From Nocardioides sp. (GTDB taxonomy: Bacteria > Actinomycetota > Actinomycetes > Propionibacteriales > Nocardioidaceae), in contig JAOPXG010000405.1 in assembly GCA_025965275.1 (NCBI GenBank), positions 1 through 51,783 on the forward strand: DNA of 51,783 nucleotides. The letters run 5' to 3'. The notes beneath the pieces were generated by a model, which was not told where the DNA came from, did no database searches, and worked only from the letters and a program-made list of their open reading frames with translations. The position numbers and the translations under genes were made by a program. Positions within the stretch are counted from its first letter, which is position 1, and every line of letters starts with the position of its first letter. Shown piece after piece: positions 17,150 to 26,321 of this stretch.

Positions 17150-18421
17150 ATGCCCCGTCTGTCACAGGTAAGAGTTGGTACGACGCCATTGCCCACCGCG
17201 GCCGACCTCGCCCACGTGCTCGGCCTGTTCCGCGAAGCCGAAGCCCTCACTCGCGCAGACGTGATGCGCCTCAGCGGGCTCTCCCGATCCACCGTGAACC
17301 AGCGGATCGACGCGCTGCTGACCGCAGAGCTGGTAAGACCAGCCGGAGGGCAGTCGATCGCGCGCGGCCGCCCGCCTGAGCGGTTCGCGTTCAACAGCAA
17401 CCGGGGCGTCCTGCTGGTCGCCGACATGGGCGCGACCAGCCTGCGGACGGGTCTGTGTGATCTGTCCGGGAAGGTTCTCGCCGAGCACGAACAGGCGATC
17501 GACCTCACCCAAGGCCCCGAGGCACTACTCACGCTCATCAGGACCGCGTTCGTCGAGCTGCTCATCGACGCCGCCCTTGAACCGACCTCTGTTCTCGGCA
17601 TCGGCCTGGACGTACCCGGTCCCGTCGACTTCGCGCGCGGCCAGGTCGTGAGCCCGCCCATCATGAACGGCTGGGACGGGTTCGACATCCGCGCCTGGTT
17701 CGGACACCACTTCACCTGCCCCGTCCTCGTGGAGAACGACGTCAACGCCATGGCCTGGGGCGAACACCAGACCATTTACCCCGACGTCACCGAGCTCTTC
17801 ATGCTCAAGCTCGGCACCGGTATCGGCGCCGGGCTGGTCACCCGAAACCGAATCTTCCGCGGGGCCGACGGCGCGGCCGGCGACATCGGCCACTACTACG
17901 CCTCCCCGCCCGACGACGCACCAGTGCCGCAGTGCCGGTGCGGCCGCCTCGGTTGCGTCGAGGCGTACGCGGGCGGCTGGGCGCTGGTCCGGGACCTCAA
18001 TGAAGCTGGTATACCCACAGCGAACGTCGGCGAGGCCGTGCAGTTGCTGCGCAGTGGGGATCTCACCGCAGTGCGACTGGCTCGACGAAGCGGACGAATC
18101 GTCGGAGAGGCCATCGCCCAAGCGGTGAGCCTGTTCAACCCCAGGGTCATCGTGCTCGCCGGACAGCTTGCCGCCGCCGAGGAACACCTGATCGCCGGGA
18201 TCCGTGAAGTCGTGTACCAGCGCTCGCTGCCGCTGGCCACCGGAAACCTGCAGATCAGGCGCAGCGAACTCGCGGACCGGGCAGGCTTGATCGGTCTCGC
18301 TCTACAGCTCGCGGACACCATCTTCGCCGGACCAGAGGTTGAGCTACTGGTTGCGGCCAGTGACTCGACGAGGCCCAGCGAGTACGCGCGAAGCCAGCCA
18401 CAGGTCACGCACAGCGGGTAG
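17150..18421 (+). CDS. ROK-family transcriptional repressor
   Basis: HTH TRADVMRLSGLSRSTV, GRPP, DVPGPVD, VENDVNAMAWGE, GTGIGAG, GDIGH, CRCGRLGCVE. Confidence 0.95.
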   Translation: MPRLSQVRVGTTPLPTAADLAHVLGLFREAEALTRADVMRLSGLSRSTVNQRIDALLTAELVRPAGGQSIARGRPPERFAFNSNRGVLLVADMGATSLRTGLCDLSGKVLAEHEQAIDLTQGPEALLTLIRTAFVELLIDAALEPTSVLGIGLDVPGPVDFARGQVVSPPIMNGWDGFDIRAWFGHHFTCPVLVENDVNAMAWGEHQTIYPDVTELFMLKLGTGIGAGLVTRNRIFRGADGAAGDIGHYYASPPDDAPVPQCRCGRLGCVEAYAGGWALVRDLNEAGIPTANVGEAVQLLRSGDLTAVRLARRSGRIVGEAIAQAVSLFNPRVIVLAGQLAAAEEHLIAGIREVVYQRSLPLATGNLQIRRSELADRAGLIGLALQLADTIFAGPEVELLVAASDSTRPSEYARSQPQVTHSG

Positions 18422-18471
18422 CACGCGCCTTCAACGGCCAGACCCCCGAAGCTCAGCGCAAGGAGATCACG

Positions 18472-18867
18472 ATGAACATCGTCGTCGGATACGTCCCATC
18501 GCCTGAGGGCAAGGCGGCCATCGACTACGCCGTCAACCTGGCGGCACGCGACGGCGATCGGGTCGTCGTCGTCAACACAGGCGTGCGGGGCAACGATGCC
18601 CACCCTTCGTTCGCAAGCGCCGCAGACTGGGATGCGCTCGACGAGCGTCTCACCTCGCTCGGCGTCGACCACGAACTCCGGCGGCCGCTGCAGGCGCAGT
18701 CGCCGGCGGAGGAGATCCTCTCCGTTGCAGAAGCCGTCGACGCCGGACTGATCGTGATCGGGCTCCGACGACGATCGCCGGTCGGGAAGCTGTTTCTGGG
18801 AAGCAGCTCCCAAGAGATTCTCCTTGATGCGAAATGTCCCGTGGTCGCAGTCAAGCGAACCGATTGA
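18472..18867 (+). CDS. Universal stress protein (single domain)
   Basis: IVVGY, LIVIGLRRRSPVGKLFLGS, CPVVAVK. Confidence 0.92.
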   Translation: MNIVVGYVPSPEGKAAIDYAVNLAARDGDRVVVVNTGVRGNDAHPSFASAADWDALDERLTSLGVDHELRRPLQAQSPAEEILSVAEAVDAGLIVIGLRRRSPVGKLFLGSSSQEILLDAKCPVVAVKRTD

Positions 18868-19292
18868 GCGTGCCGGAATCAGCGCTCGGCGTGGGATGCG
18901 GGCTGAGTCGGACCCTACGAGACTGCTCACACCGCCGCGAGTGGGCAACACCATGTCGATTCGGACCGGCACTTCAGGTGTGGGCCCGGCATCTGAGGCG
19001 ACTCCCGCGCCGCGCTGAGGAGGAGGCAGCCGCGTGCTCGATTGCTGCCGTGTGCGCGGACCGGACCGGTCTCGTCATGCCCATCGACATCCAGTCCCCC
19101 TGACCTGCGCAGACGCGGGTCAGGGGCCGGTGTCGTCGGTCCGTAGGGACCGCGTCACTGAATCGTTGTCGAGAAATCATCTGCGACGGGCAACGTTTTC
19201 GCGTGTCACGACGTCTGTGTGGGTGATGGAACTCCACACCGCGCTGCCCGCGCTCGTGGCCCTCTCGGGCCATCTCTCGAACGGCAAGGCGT

Positions 19293-19877
19293 GTGCTCAC
19301 CGTGCCACCCGGTGAGGGACGCCCAGCGCCGCGACGAGGACACGTCGCCTGGCGTGTCGTCGTGATGGCCGGCGTCCTCGTCTTCGCCGTCCTGATGGCA
19401 GCAGGCCAGTCGCTGGGTCGGGCCGAGCCGACCGGCAACTACCGACCCGACCTGGTCGCCGACCCCCTCGCCATCGGCTGCTACCCGCTCCCTGACGATG
19501 TGGTCCTCGACTTCCCGTACGTCGTACGTCGTGACGGCGACGTCCCCACCGCGTCCGGCGAACGTCGTTCGCTGGTGCTCCACTGGTCGCTCCTCGACCT
19601 CGACCAGGTGCGCGACCGACTCAGCGAGGCGTTCACCCGGGCGGGGTTCGTGGTGACCGGCCGGAGCACGACCCCGGCCGAGCTGTCCATGGCCCGACCG
19701 GAGCCCGGCGGCAGGGTGACCCGCGTCGCGGCGCGGCTCACGGAGCTGGACAACCGTTCGCCCGACCCGATCGTGCGCGGGGTGCTGGAGCTCGACCTGC
19801 CCGTGGTCGCGCTGTCGTCGGACGATCCGGCGTGTGCGAACCCGTTCGTCACCAAGCGGTTCGAGGAGGACCGATGA
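19293..19877 (+). CDS. Hypothetical exported or membrane-anchored protein
   Basis: N-terminal hydrophobic helix; two Cys (GCYPLP, ACANPF); stop overlaps next ATG. Confidence 0.7.
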   Translation: MLTVPPGEGRPAPRRGHVAWRVVVMAGVLVFAVLMAAGQSLGRAEPTGNYRPDLVADPLAIGCYPLPDDVVLDFPYVVRRDGDVPTASGERRSLVLHWSLLDLDQVRDRLSEAFTRAGFVVTGRSTTPAELSMARPEPGGRVTRVAARLTELDNRSPDPIVRGVLELDLPVVALSSDDPACANPFVTKRFEEDR

Positions 19878-21400
19878 CGGCCACCGCGGTGCGCCCCGTC
19901 GAGGTCTCGTCCCGGGGGCGAGGGCTCCCCCGTGCCGACCGGATCCTCCTGCTGCTGGTCGCGGCGCACCTGGTCGTCAAGGTGGTCGTGTTCCTCCAGA
20001 TCGCCCACGGGCCCCTCGTGGGTGACGAGACCGCGTACGTGAACGGCGGCAAGGCCCTGTCGAACCTCCTGCGCGACTGGGGCTCGCTCAGCGCTCCCGA
20101 CTGGGCGGAGGTCGAGCGCAACGTCGTGGGCAGCGGGTGGTTCATGCCCGGCATGTCCCTGCTCCTGGCGCCGCTGTACCTCGTCGCGCCGCACGCCGAC
20201 GGCGCGCTCCTGCGGGGCTACCTCGGCGTCGTGACCAGCCTGGTGTTCCTCGCGACCGTGCTGCGGGTACGCCGGAGCCTGGGCGCGTCGTACGCCGGCG
20301 CGCTGCTGGTCATGCCGGGGCTGGTCCCGGTGTGGGCGGCGTTCTCCCTGGCGGCGTGGGGGGACCTGGTGGCCGGCCTCCTGGTCGTGCTGCTGCTCGT
20401 CGAGCTGGTCGAGCTCAACCGGGGCCTGCGCCGGGGACGGGCGCCGTCGCTCGGGGTCGGCGTGCGGCTCGGTCTGCTCGCCATCGCGGTCGTCTACTTC
20501 CGGTCGAGCGCGTCGCTCCTGGTGGCCGGTCTCGGCCTGGTCAACGTCGTCGCGGCACTCGCCCTGCTCCGCGGGGCCGAGCGGCGGCGGGCGGTGCTGT
20601 CCGCGGCGGCCGCCGCCCTGGCGTTCTCGGCGGTGCTGCTGCCGTGGTCGGTGGCCGCGTCGACGACGCTCCACGGCCGGGTGGTGACGACCACCTCGGT
20701 GCCCACGGTGCTCGCCAACACCTTCGGGGACCGAGACCTCGTCTGCTTCGGGCCGTGCGACCCCGGCTCCACCGTCTGGTTCAGCCCCCTGCGCTACTCG
20801 CGGGAGACGGCACGGGTGACGGGGCGGTCGGAGATGGACGTGGCCCAGCAGATGTCGGCCTACGCGCGACAGGGGGTGACGCCCGGCAGCTACACGTCCG
20901 ACGTCCTGGTCAACCTGCGGTCCTACGTCCGCGATCCCGAGCGGTTCTACGGCTACCTCCGTGCCGCCCCGGACCACGAGCGGTCGCAGGACGTCGTCAT
21001 CGAGCGGACCACGCGCGGCCTGGTCTGGGCAGCCTTCGCGGTCGGCGTCGGCCTGCTGCTGTGCGTCGTCCGGCGGCCCCGCGAGGACCAGGTGATGAGC
21101 ATCCTCCTCAAGTTGTCGGTCGGGGCGTTGCTCACCCAGCCGTTCGTGCACATCGCGGGTCCCCGCTACTGGACGACGGCCGCACCGCTCCTGGGTCTGG
21201 CGGCCGCCCTGTTGATCGGACAGCTGCTGCCCCACGTCGTGCCCGGCCGTCTCAGACCGCTCGCTGCCGGGGAGCCCACCGATGGCGACACCCACGCGGA
21301 CCTCACCCTCGGTCGTTGGCTCACGGCCTTCCAGGTGCTCCTGAGCGCGACGGCGATCCTCGTGACGACTGTCGTCGTCGTGGTCGCCTCCACCAGCTGA
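19874..21400 (+). CDS. Polytopic membrane protein, probable GT-C-fold glycosyltransferase (GtrC/ArnT-like)
   Basis: About 11-12 hydrophobic segments; GDE--Y after TM1; large extracytoplasmic loop; co-oriented with GT2 and GtrA genes. Confidence 0.65.
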   Translation: MTATAVRPVEVSSRGRGLPRADRILLLLVAAHLVVKVVVFLQIAHGPLVGDETAYVNGGKALSNLLRDWGSLSAPDWAEVERNVVGSGWFMPGMSLLLAPLYLVAPHADGALLRGYLGVVTSLVFLATVLRVRRSLGASYAGALLVMPGLVPVWAAFSLAAWGDLVAGLLVVLLLVELVELNRGLRRGRAPSLGVGVRLGLLAIAVVYFRSSASLLVAGLGLVNVVAALALLRGAERRRAVLSAAAAALAFSAVLLPWSVAASTTLHGRVVTTTSVPTVLANTFGDRDLVCFGPCDPGSTVWFSPLRYSRETARVTGRSEMDVAQQMSAYARQGVTPGSYTSDVLVNLRSYVRDPERFYGYLRAAPDHERSQDVVIERTTRGLVWAAFAVGVGLLLCVVRRPREDQVMSILLKLSVGALLTQPFVHIAGPRYWTTAAPLLGLAAALLIGQLLPHVVPGRLRPLAAGEPTDGDTHADLTLGRWLTAFQVLLSATAILVTTVVVVVASTS

Positions 21401-21432
21401 GCGCACGTCCCTCGACCACAGAAGGTGCCCCC

Positions 21433-22443
21433 ATGCCGTTCGAAGAACCACATCACGTGGCCTACGTCCTCCCCGTCTTCAACGAGGAGGCGAACGTCGA
21501 CCTCTTCCACACGACGCTGGTCGAGGCGACCCGGTTCCGCCCGGACCTGGACTTCGAGTTCGTCTACGTGGACGACGGGAGTCGGGACACCTCGCTGGAC
21601 CGTCTGCTCGCGCTGCGCGAGCGCGACGACCGGGTCACGGTGATCAGCTTCTCCCGCAACTTCGGCCATCAGATCGCGGTGACCGCCGGGCTCGACCTGG
21701 TCGCGGACGCGGACGCCGTCATCGTCATGGACACCGACCTCCAGGACCCGCCTCGCGTCAGCAGGGAGATGCTCGCCATGTGGGAGAGCGGCGTCGACGT
21801 GGTCTACGCCCAGCGCCGGACCCGGAAGGACACCCGCCTCAAGCGGTTCACGGCGTACGTCTTCTACTGGTTGCTCGGACGGCTGGCATCGATCGAGATC
21901 CCTCGCAACACCGGGGACTTCCGGCTGATGGACCGGCGGGTGGTCAGCGAGGTGAACCGTTACCGCGAGCAGGACCGCTTCCTTCGCGGGATCGTCAGCC
22001 ACGTCGGTTTCCGCCAGGAGGCGCTTCTCTTCGACCGCGACTCCCGCCACGCCGGGAAGTCCGGTTACCCCTGGAGGAAGATGATGCAGTTCGCGGCGAG
22101 CGGCATCTTCGGGTTCTCGACCTTCCCGCTCCGGATGATCTCGCGACTGGGCGTGCTGATCTCGAGCATCAGCGTGCTGCTGGCCGCGTACGTCTTCGCG
22201 GTGCGTGTCTTCACCCCGGAGAACGCCGTACCCGGATGGGCCTTCCTCGGCGTCGGCATGTTCCTGCTCAGCGGTCTGCAGCTGATCATGATGGGCGTCA
22301 TCGGCTCCTACCTGGGCCGGGTGTACGTCGAGACCCAGGGCAGACCGTTGTACTCGGTGGCACTGCAGGCTCGAGGACCGCGAGAGGCGGCAGCCTCGGC
22401 GGCGCCGGCTGAGGCAGGCGAACGCCGCGTGAGGTTCCGCTGA
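21433..22443 (+). CDS. GT2 polyprenyl-phosphate glycosyltransferase (GtrB/YkoT-like)
   Basis: VLPVFNEE, VDDGSRD, FSRNFGHQIA, MDTDLQDPP, GDFRLMDR, two C-terminal TMs, GSYLGRVY...RPLY. Confidence 0.93.
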   Translation: MPFEEPHHVAYVLPVFNEEANVDLFHTTLVEATRFRPDLDFEFVYVDDGSRDTSLDRLLALRERDDRVTVISFSRNFGHQIAVTAGLDLVADADAVIVMDTDLQDPPRVSREMLAMWESGVDVVYAQRRTRKDTRLKRFTAYVFYWLLGRLASIEIPRNTGDFRLMDRRVVSEVNRYREQDRFLRGIVSHVGFRQEALLFDRDSRHAGKSGYPWRKMMQFAASGIFGFSTFPLRMISRLGVLISSISVLLAAYVFAVRVFTPENAVPGWAFLGVGMFLLSGLQLIMMGVIGSYLGRVYVETQGRPLYSVALQARGPREAAASAAPAEAGERRVRFR

Positions 22444-22916
22444 GGCGTCCAGGCGCAGCTCTCGGTGTCCCCGCGCTCCGCTTCGCTGCGGTCGGCGTGG
22501 TCAACACCGCCATCGACGTGGGGCTGTTCACGCTGTTGCACGAGGAGCTGGGCATCACCCTGGCCAACCTGGTGTCGACCAGCGCCGGCATGGCCTTCAG
22601 CTTCACCGCCAACGGGATCTTCGTCTTCGCCGGCGCGCGGCTGGGCTGGCGTCAGGCCGGACGCTTCGTGGCGACCACCGGGGCCACCATGTGGGTCCTG
22701 CAGCCCGTCGTCATCCACCTCCTGCTGTTCGCCGGTCCCGCTCCGGTGGCGAAGCTGTTGGCCACCGGGGTCACGGTCGTCGTGAACTTCCTCGTCTACC
22801 GGTTCCTGGTGTGGCCCACACCGCTCACCGCCTGCGGGACCGCAGCAACGCCTCGTGGACCGCATGGACCACCGGGAGCACGATCACGGCAAGGAGACAG
22901 AAGAGCCATCCGGTGA
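22440..22916 (+). CDS. GtrA-family small flippase-like protein (start uncertain, 22440-22497)
   Basis: LRFAAVGVVNTAID, ANLVS, FSFTAN--FVF, AKLLA, NFLVYRFLVW; tail overlaps the antisense ATPase relic. Confidence 0.85.
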   Translation: MRRPGAALGVPALRFAAVGVVNTAIDVGLFTLLHEELGITLANLVSTSAGMAFSFTANGIFVFAGARLGWRQAGRFVATTGATMWVLQPVVIHLLLFAGPAPVAKLLATGVTVVVNFLVYRFLVWPTPLTACGTAATPRGPHGPPGARSRQGDRRAIR

Positions 22917-23135
22917 GCGACGGCCAGGACCCACCCAGGAGGTCGGAGACCCACGGGATCCCGAGGAACCCGAGCAGCAGCAGCGCCTCGACCGCGACGG
23001 CACCGAGGACGAACGGGTTGCGGCGCGCCAGGCGGGCCGCGTCTCGCTGCGGCGCGAAGGCGTTGGCGATCTGGGCGACGGCGATGACCGCGAACGCCGA
23101 CCCGGAGGCCACGGACACGAGCGCGTCCGAGGCGT
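22825..23135 (-). pseudogene. C-terminal relic of a cation-transporting P-type ATPase (CtpF-like)
   Basis: AFAVIAVAQIANAF...RNPFVLGAVAVEALLLLGFLGIPWVSDLLG resembles Cation_ATPase_C; no catalytic core. Confidence 0.7.
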
Positions 23136-23266
23136 CCCCGCCCTCCGCCGAAGGCGCATGCTTCGTCCTCCTCCTCGCAGGCACCACGGGCCGACGCGCC
23201 GGTGAGAACCGTAGGTCCCCGTGCCGCAGGACCGAGGTACCGGGGCGACACCGGTCCCCGACCGCC

Positions 23267-23280
23267 GGGACCTTGTTCCC
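23267..23280. promoter_or_regulatory. DosR-like box upstream of the CBS gene
   Basis: GGGACCTTGTTCCC. Confidence 0.65.
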
Positions 23281-23353
23281 TGTCGGGTGACGGAACCCGT
23301 CGGCAGGGTGGCACCAGAGGCACGAGGCCTCCGTCGACGAAAGTGAGGGCGAC

Positions 23354-23950
23354 ATGCTCGTCCGAGAGATCATGACCGCGGGCCCGGCGACCACGACCCC
23401 GCAGACCAGCACCAAGGCCGCGTTGCGTCAGCTCGCCGAGCGCGGCATCACGGCACTGCCCGTCGTCGACCGCCACGGACGGCTGTGCGGCATCGTCAGC
23501 GAGGCGGACCTCATCCAGGACGTCGTCGTCCGCGACCCGCGCGCACAGGAGCGGCCGATCACGATCGACCCCCTGTACCCGCCGAAGACGGTCGAGGACG
23601 TCTACACCCGTGCGCCCGTGACGGTCGCCGCCCAGGATGACGTCTCGGTCGCCGTCGAGCTCATGACGGCCACCGGCGCCAAGAGCCTCCCGGTCGTCGA
23701 CGACGACCGGACCGTCGTCGGCATCCTCAGCCGCAGCGACGTCATCAGGACCCTGGCCCGCGACGACGCGGAGATCGCCGCCGACATCGACCGGGTGCTG
23801 GCCTCGGTCGGCCACGAGGACTGGCTGGTCGAGGTCGTCGACGGTGTCGTGTCCGTCACCGGCCCCGCCGCTGTCGGCGAGTCCTCGATCGCCCGCGTGG
23901 TCGCCCAGACCGTGCCGGGCGTCGTCGACGTGCGGGTCTCGGCCACCTGA
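23354..23950 (+). CDS. CBS-pair protein with C-terminal BON-like domain
   Basis: MLVREIMT, ITALPVVD--GRLCGIVSEADL, SLPVVDD--VVGILSRSDV, VEVVDGVVSVTG...VPGVVDV. Confidence 0.9.
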   Translation: MLVREIMTAGPATTTPQTSTKAALRQLAERGITALPVVDRHGRLCGIVSEADLIQDVVVRDPRAQERPITIDPLYPPKTVEDVYTRAPVTVAAQDDVSVAVELMTATGAKSLPVVDDDRTVVGILSRSDVIRTLARDDAEIAADIDRVLASVGHEDWLVEVVDGVVSVTGPAAVGESSIARVVAQTVPGVVDVRVSAT

Positions 23951-23979
23951 CGGCCAGGGATCCGTCGTTCAGAAACCCG

Positions 23980-24338
23980 GACGGTCTCGAGCTCGGGGCC
24001 GGTCGGCGGCGGCTCGTGGTGCAACGGCCGGACCGGGCCGGTCTCCTCGAACCACACCTGGGCGTCGTAGCGAGCGCCCATGACCGTGGGGACGTGGTTG
24101 CCCGCCTCGCGTCCGGGGGCGCGGGCGCTCGGGTCCCAGCGGACGAGGCGACCGTCACGACGGACGGTCGCCTGCGGCGCGGACAGCTCGTCGAGCGCGG
24201 GCAGCGCGGTGGCGGCCGGCACCTCCTGGACCATCCCGATCGCGGTGTTGAGGACCACGACGTTGGGGCCGAACGAGCGCAGCCGGAGTCCGCGTCGGTG
24301 CTGCGCAGCCCCGCCGGATCGGCGGGGCCGGCAGTCAT
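23980..24338 (-). pseudogene. Chimeric relic: P-type ATPase N-terminus joined to an erythromycin-esterase-family C-terminus
   Basis: ATG at 24338 overlapping the USP stop; GLRSTDA, frameshift, RLRSFGPNV, VVLNTAIGMVQE, APQATVRRDG; then GNHVPTVMGARYDAQVWFEETGPVRPLH. Confidence 0.68.
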
Positions 24339-25258
24339 CTGCTCAGCGATCCGGCCTGCTCGAGCACGAGACCCGGGACGGCGTCCACGACCACCCTCGG
24401 CGGGACCACCCGGACCGGGCACTCGGCCGTGCGCAGCAGCGCGCGCGCCGTGCCGCCGAGGTGGACGGCCGCGGGGATGCCGCGGGAGCGACGCACGATG
24501 ACGAGCACGTCGGCGTCCGCGGACGCCTCGACCAGGGCGGTCACCGGGCGACCGTGGACGATCCTCGTCTCGACCTCGACATCGGGATAGGTCCGACGCC
24601 ACTCCTCGGTCAGGAGGTCCATCTCGTCGGTGGCCCGTCGGGTCCAGTCTTCGAGGTCGACGCGCGCCACGATGATGTCGTCGTAGCCGCTGGGCAGCCT
24701 CCACGAGTGCAGGACGACGAGCCGGGCGCCGCGCGCCGCGGCCACCGCGAACGCGTCACCCAGCAGCTCGGTCGCGTGGGTCGGCGACTTCACGCCGACG
24801 AGGACGACGCCGCGGGCGGGCTCCGGCTGCCAGCCGGCGGGCACGGAGAGCACGGGGCAGGTCGCCGTAGCGGCCACCCCCGTCGCGGTGTTGCCGAGGA
24901 CCAACCGCTCCAGCAGCGGGCGGTCGTCGCGGCCGACGACGAGGAGGGACGCCCCCTCGGCCGCCTCGGCGAGGCGCTTGGCCCGGGGGCCGCGCAGCAG
25001 CTGGCTGTCGGCCTCGAGGTCGGGGTGGATCTCACGGAGCTCCTTCAGGGCGCCGCGCAGAACCTGACCTCCGATCTCCGCGAAGTCGCGGGGCGTGACC
25101 GGCATCATCGGCGAGATCGCGACGTAGTCGGGGACGACGTGGGCCAAGGAGACCCCGACACCCAGACGTCGCGACTCGCTGACACCGAGACGCAGGGCGC
25201 TCTCGTCCGTGGGTGAACCGTTGACCCCGATGACGACGGGGCCGGTGCTGGCGGTCAT
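24335..25258 (-). CDS. Tandem-domain universal stress protein
   Basis: VVIGVNGS, LLVVGR, LVLGNTA, CPVLSVP, HLGGTARALL, CPVRVVP. Confidence 0.92.
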   Translation of the reverse strand: MTASTGPVVIGVNGSPTDESALRLGVSESRRLGVGVSLAHVVPDYVAISPMMPVTPRDFAEIGGQVLRGALKELREIHPDLEADSQLLRGPRAKRLAEAAEGASLLVVGRDDRPLLERLVLGNTATGVAATATCPVLSVPAGWQPEPARGVVLVGVKSPTHATELLGDAFAVAAARGARLVVLHSWRLPSGYDDIIVARVDLEDWTRRATDEMDLLTEEWRRTYPDVEVETRIVHGRPVTALVEASADADVLVIVRRSRGIPAAVHLGGTARALLRTAECPVRVVPPRVVVDAVPGLVLEQAGSLSR

Positions 25259-25259
25259 G

Positions 25260-26168
25260 TCATGCCTCCTCGATCGTGGTGGTGGACGGCGGTATGGGAT
25301 CGACCACCATGACCGGGCAGGTGCCGAGGCGCAGGACTGCGCGTACGACGGAGCCGAGGTGGGGGCCGAGCGGGATCGTGTGCCGGTGGCGGCCGGCGAC
25401 GAGCAGGGCGACCTGCTGCGACTCGTCCACGAGGGCCTGGCCGGCGCGGGCGTGCCGGGCGACGACCTCGGTCTCGACGTCGGGGTACTCGGCGAGCAGC
25501 GGAGCCAGGTCGGCGGTCATCGCCTGCACCTGCTCGGCGTCGTGCCGGGCGGTCCCCTCCGCGTCGAAGACGACGTCGTCGTAGGCGTTGCTGTAGTGCC
25601 AGGCGTGCAGCAGGCGGAGCTTCGCGCCGCGCAGGCGCGCCTCCTCCAGCGCCGCCCGGACGATCTCGTGCGACCCGCCGGGGTCGTGGATCGCGGCGGT
25701 CACCGTCTGCCGCTCGGAGCTCTCGCTCCAGCCCGCGGGGACCGCGACGACCGGCACCGGGGACAGCGCCGCCACCGGGTTGGTGGTCGACAGCGTGGGG
25801 ACCAGGCCCCGATGTCCCATCCGCTGGTGCTGCAGGACGACGAGCCCCGCGTGCTCGGCGATGTCGACGAGGACCCGGGTCACGGGACCGTGGGCGAGCT
25901 CGGTGGTGACCGGCAGCTCCTCGCCCAGGTCGTGCTCCAGCGCCAGGGCCGCGTGGTCCAGCGCCTCGCGGCCGAACTTGCGCACGGCGCGCTCCTCCAC
26001 GGTGAGCGCGACGCCGTCGGGCGAGATGACGACGGGGTGGAGCACGTGTACGAGGTGGACGCCGGCACCCCTCCGCCGCGCCTCGGCGGCAGCGAACCCG
26101 AGCGCGGCCTGGACGTCCTCGTCGCCGGTGACGCCGACCAGGATCTTGCGGGGCGTGGTGTCGAGCAT
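25260..26168 (-). CDS. Tandem-domain universal stress protein
   Basis: ILVGV, LVHV, VPVVAVP, LLVAGR, HLGSVVRAVL, CPVMVV; GAGGAGG RBS. Confidence 0.92.
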   Translation of the reverse strand: MLDTTPRKILVGVTGDEDVQAALGFAAAEARRRGAGVHLVHVLHPVVISPDGVALTVEERAVRKFGREALDHAALALEHDLGEELPVTTELAHGPVTRVLVDIAEHAGLVVLQHQRMGHRGLVPTLSTTNPVAALSPVPVVAVPAGWSESSERQTVTAAIHDPGGSHEIVRAALEEARLRGAKLRLLHAWHYSNAYDDVVFDAEGTARHDAEQVQAMTADLAPLLAEYPDVETEVVARHARAGQALVDESQQVALLVAGRHRHTIPLGPHLGSVVRAVLRLGTCPVMVVDPIPPSTTTIEEA

Positions 26169-26228
26169 CGTGACCTCCTCGGCCAGGACTCCTGTCTCCA
26201 GACTCGCCCGGCCTCCGCTCAACCGACA

Positions 26229-26242
26229 GGGACCTTGGTCAC
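26229..26242. promoter_or_regulatory. DosR-like box between divergent usp and flavodoxin genes
   Basis: GGGACCTTGGTCAC. Confidence 0.65.
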
Positions 26243-26321
26243 CACGACCTCGGACCGGCGACCCGTGTGTCCGTCCCCGCGGCTCGGGAGGGTGGAGGGA
26301 GGACGATCGAGGAGGCTCGAC

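Noticed and set aside
18868-19290. Possible gene relic or sRNA in the spacer after the USP gene
   Set aside because: Only a faint resemblance (VLPTRGG) to monooxygenase N-termini; too weak to call
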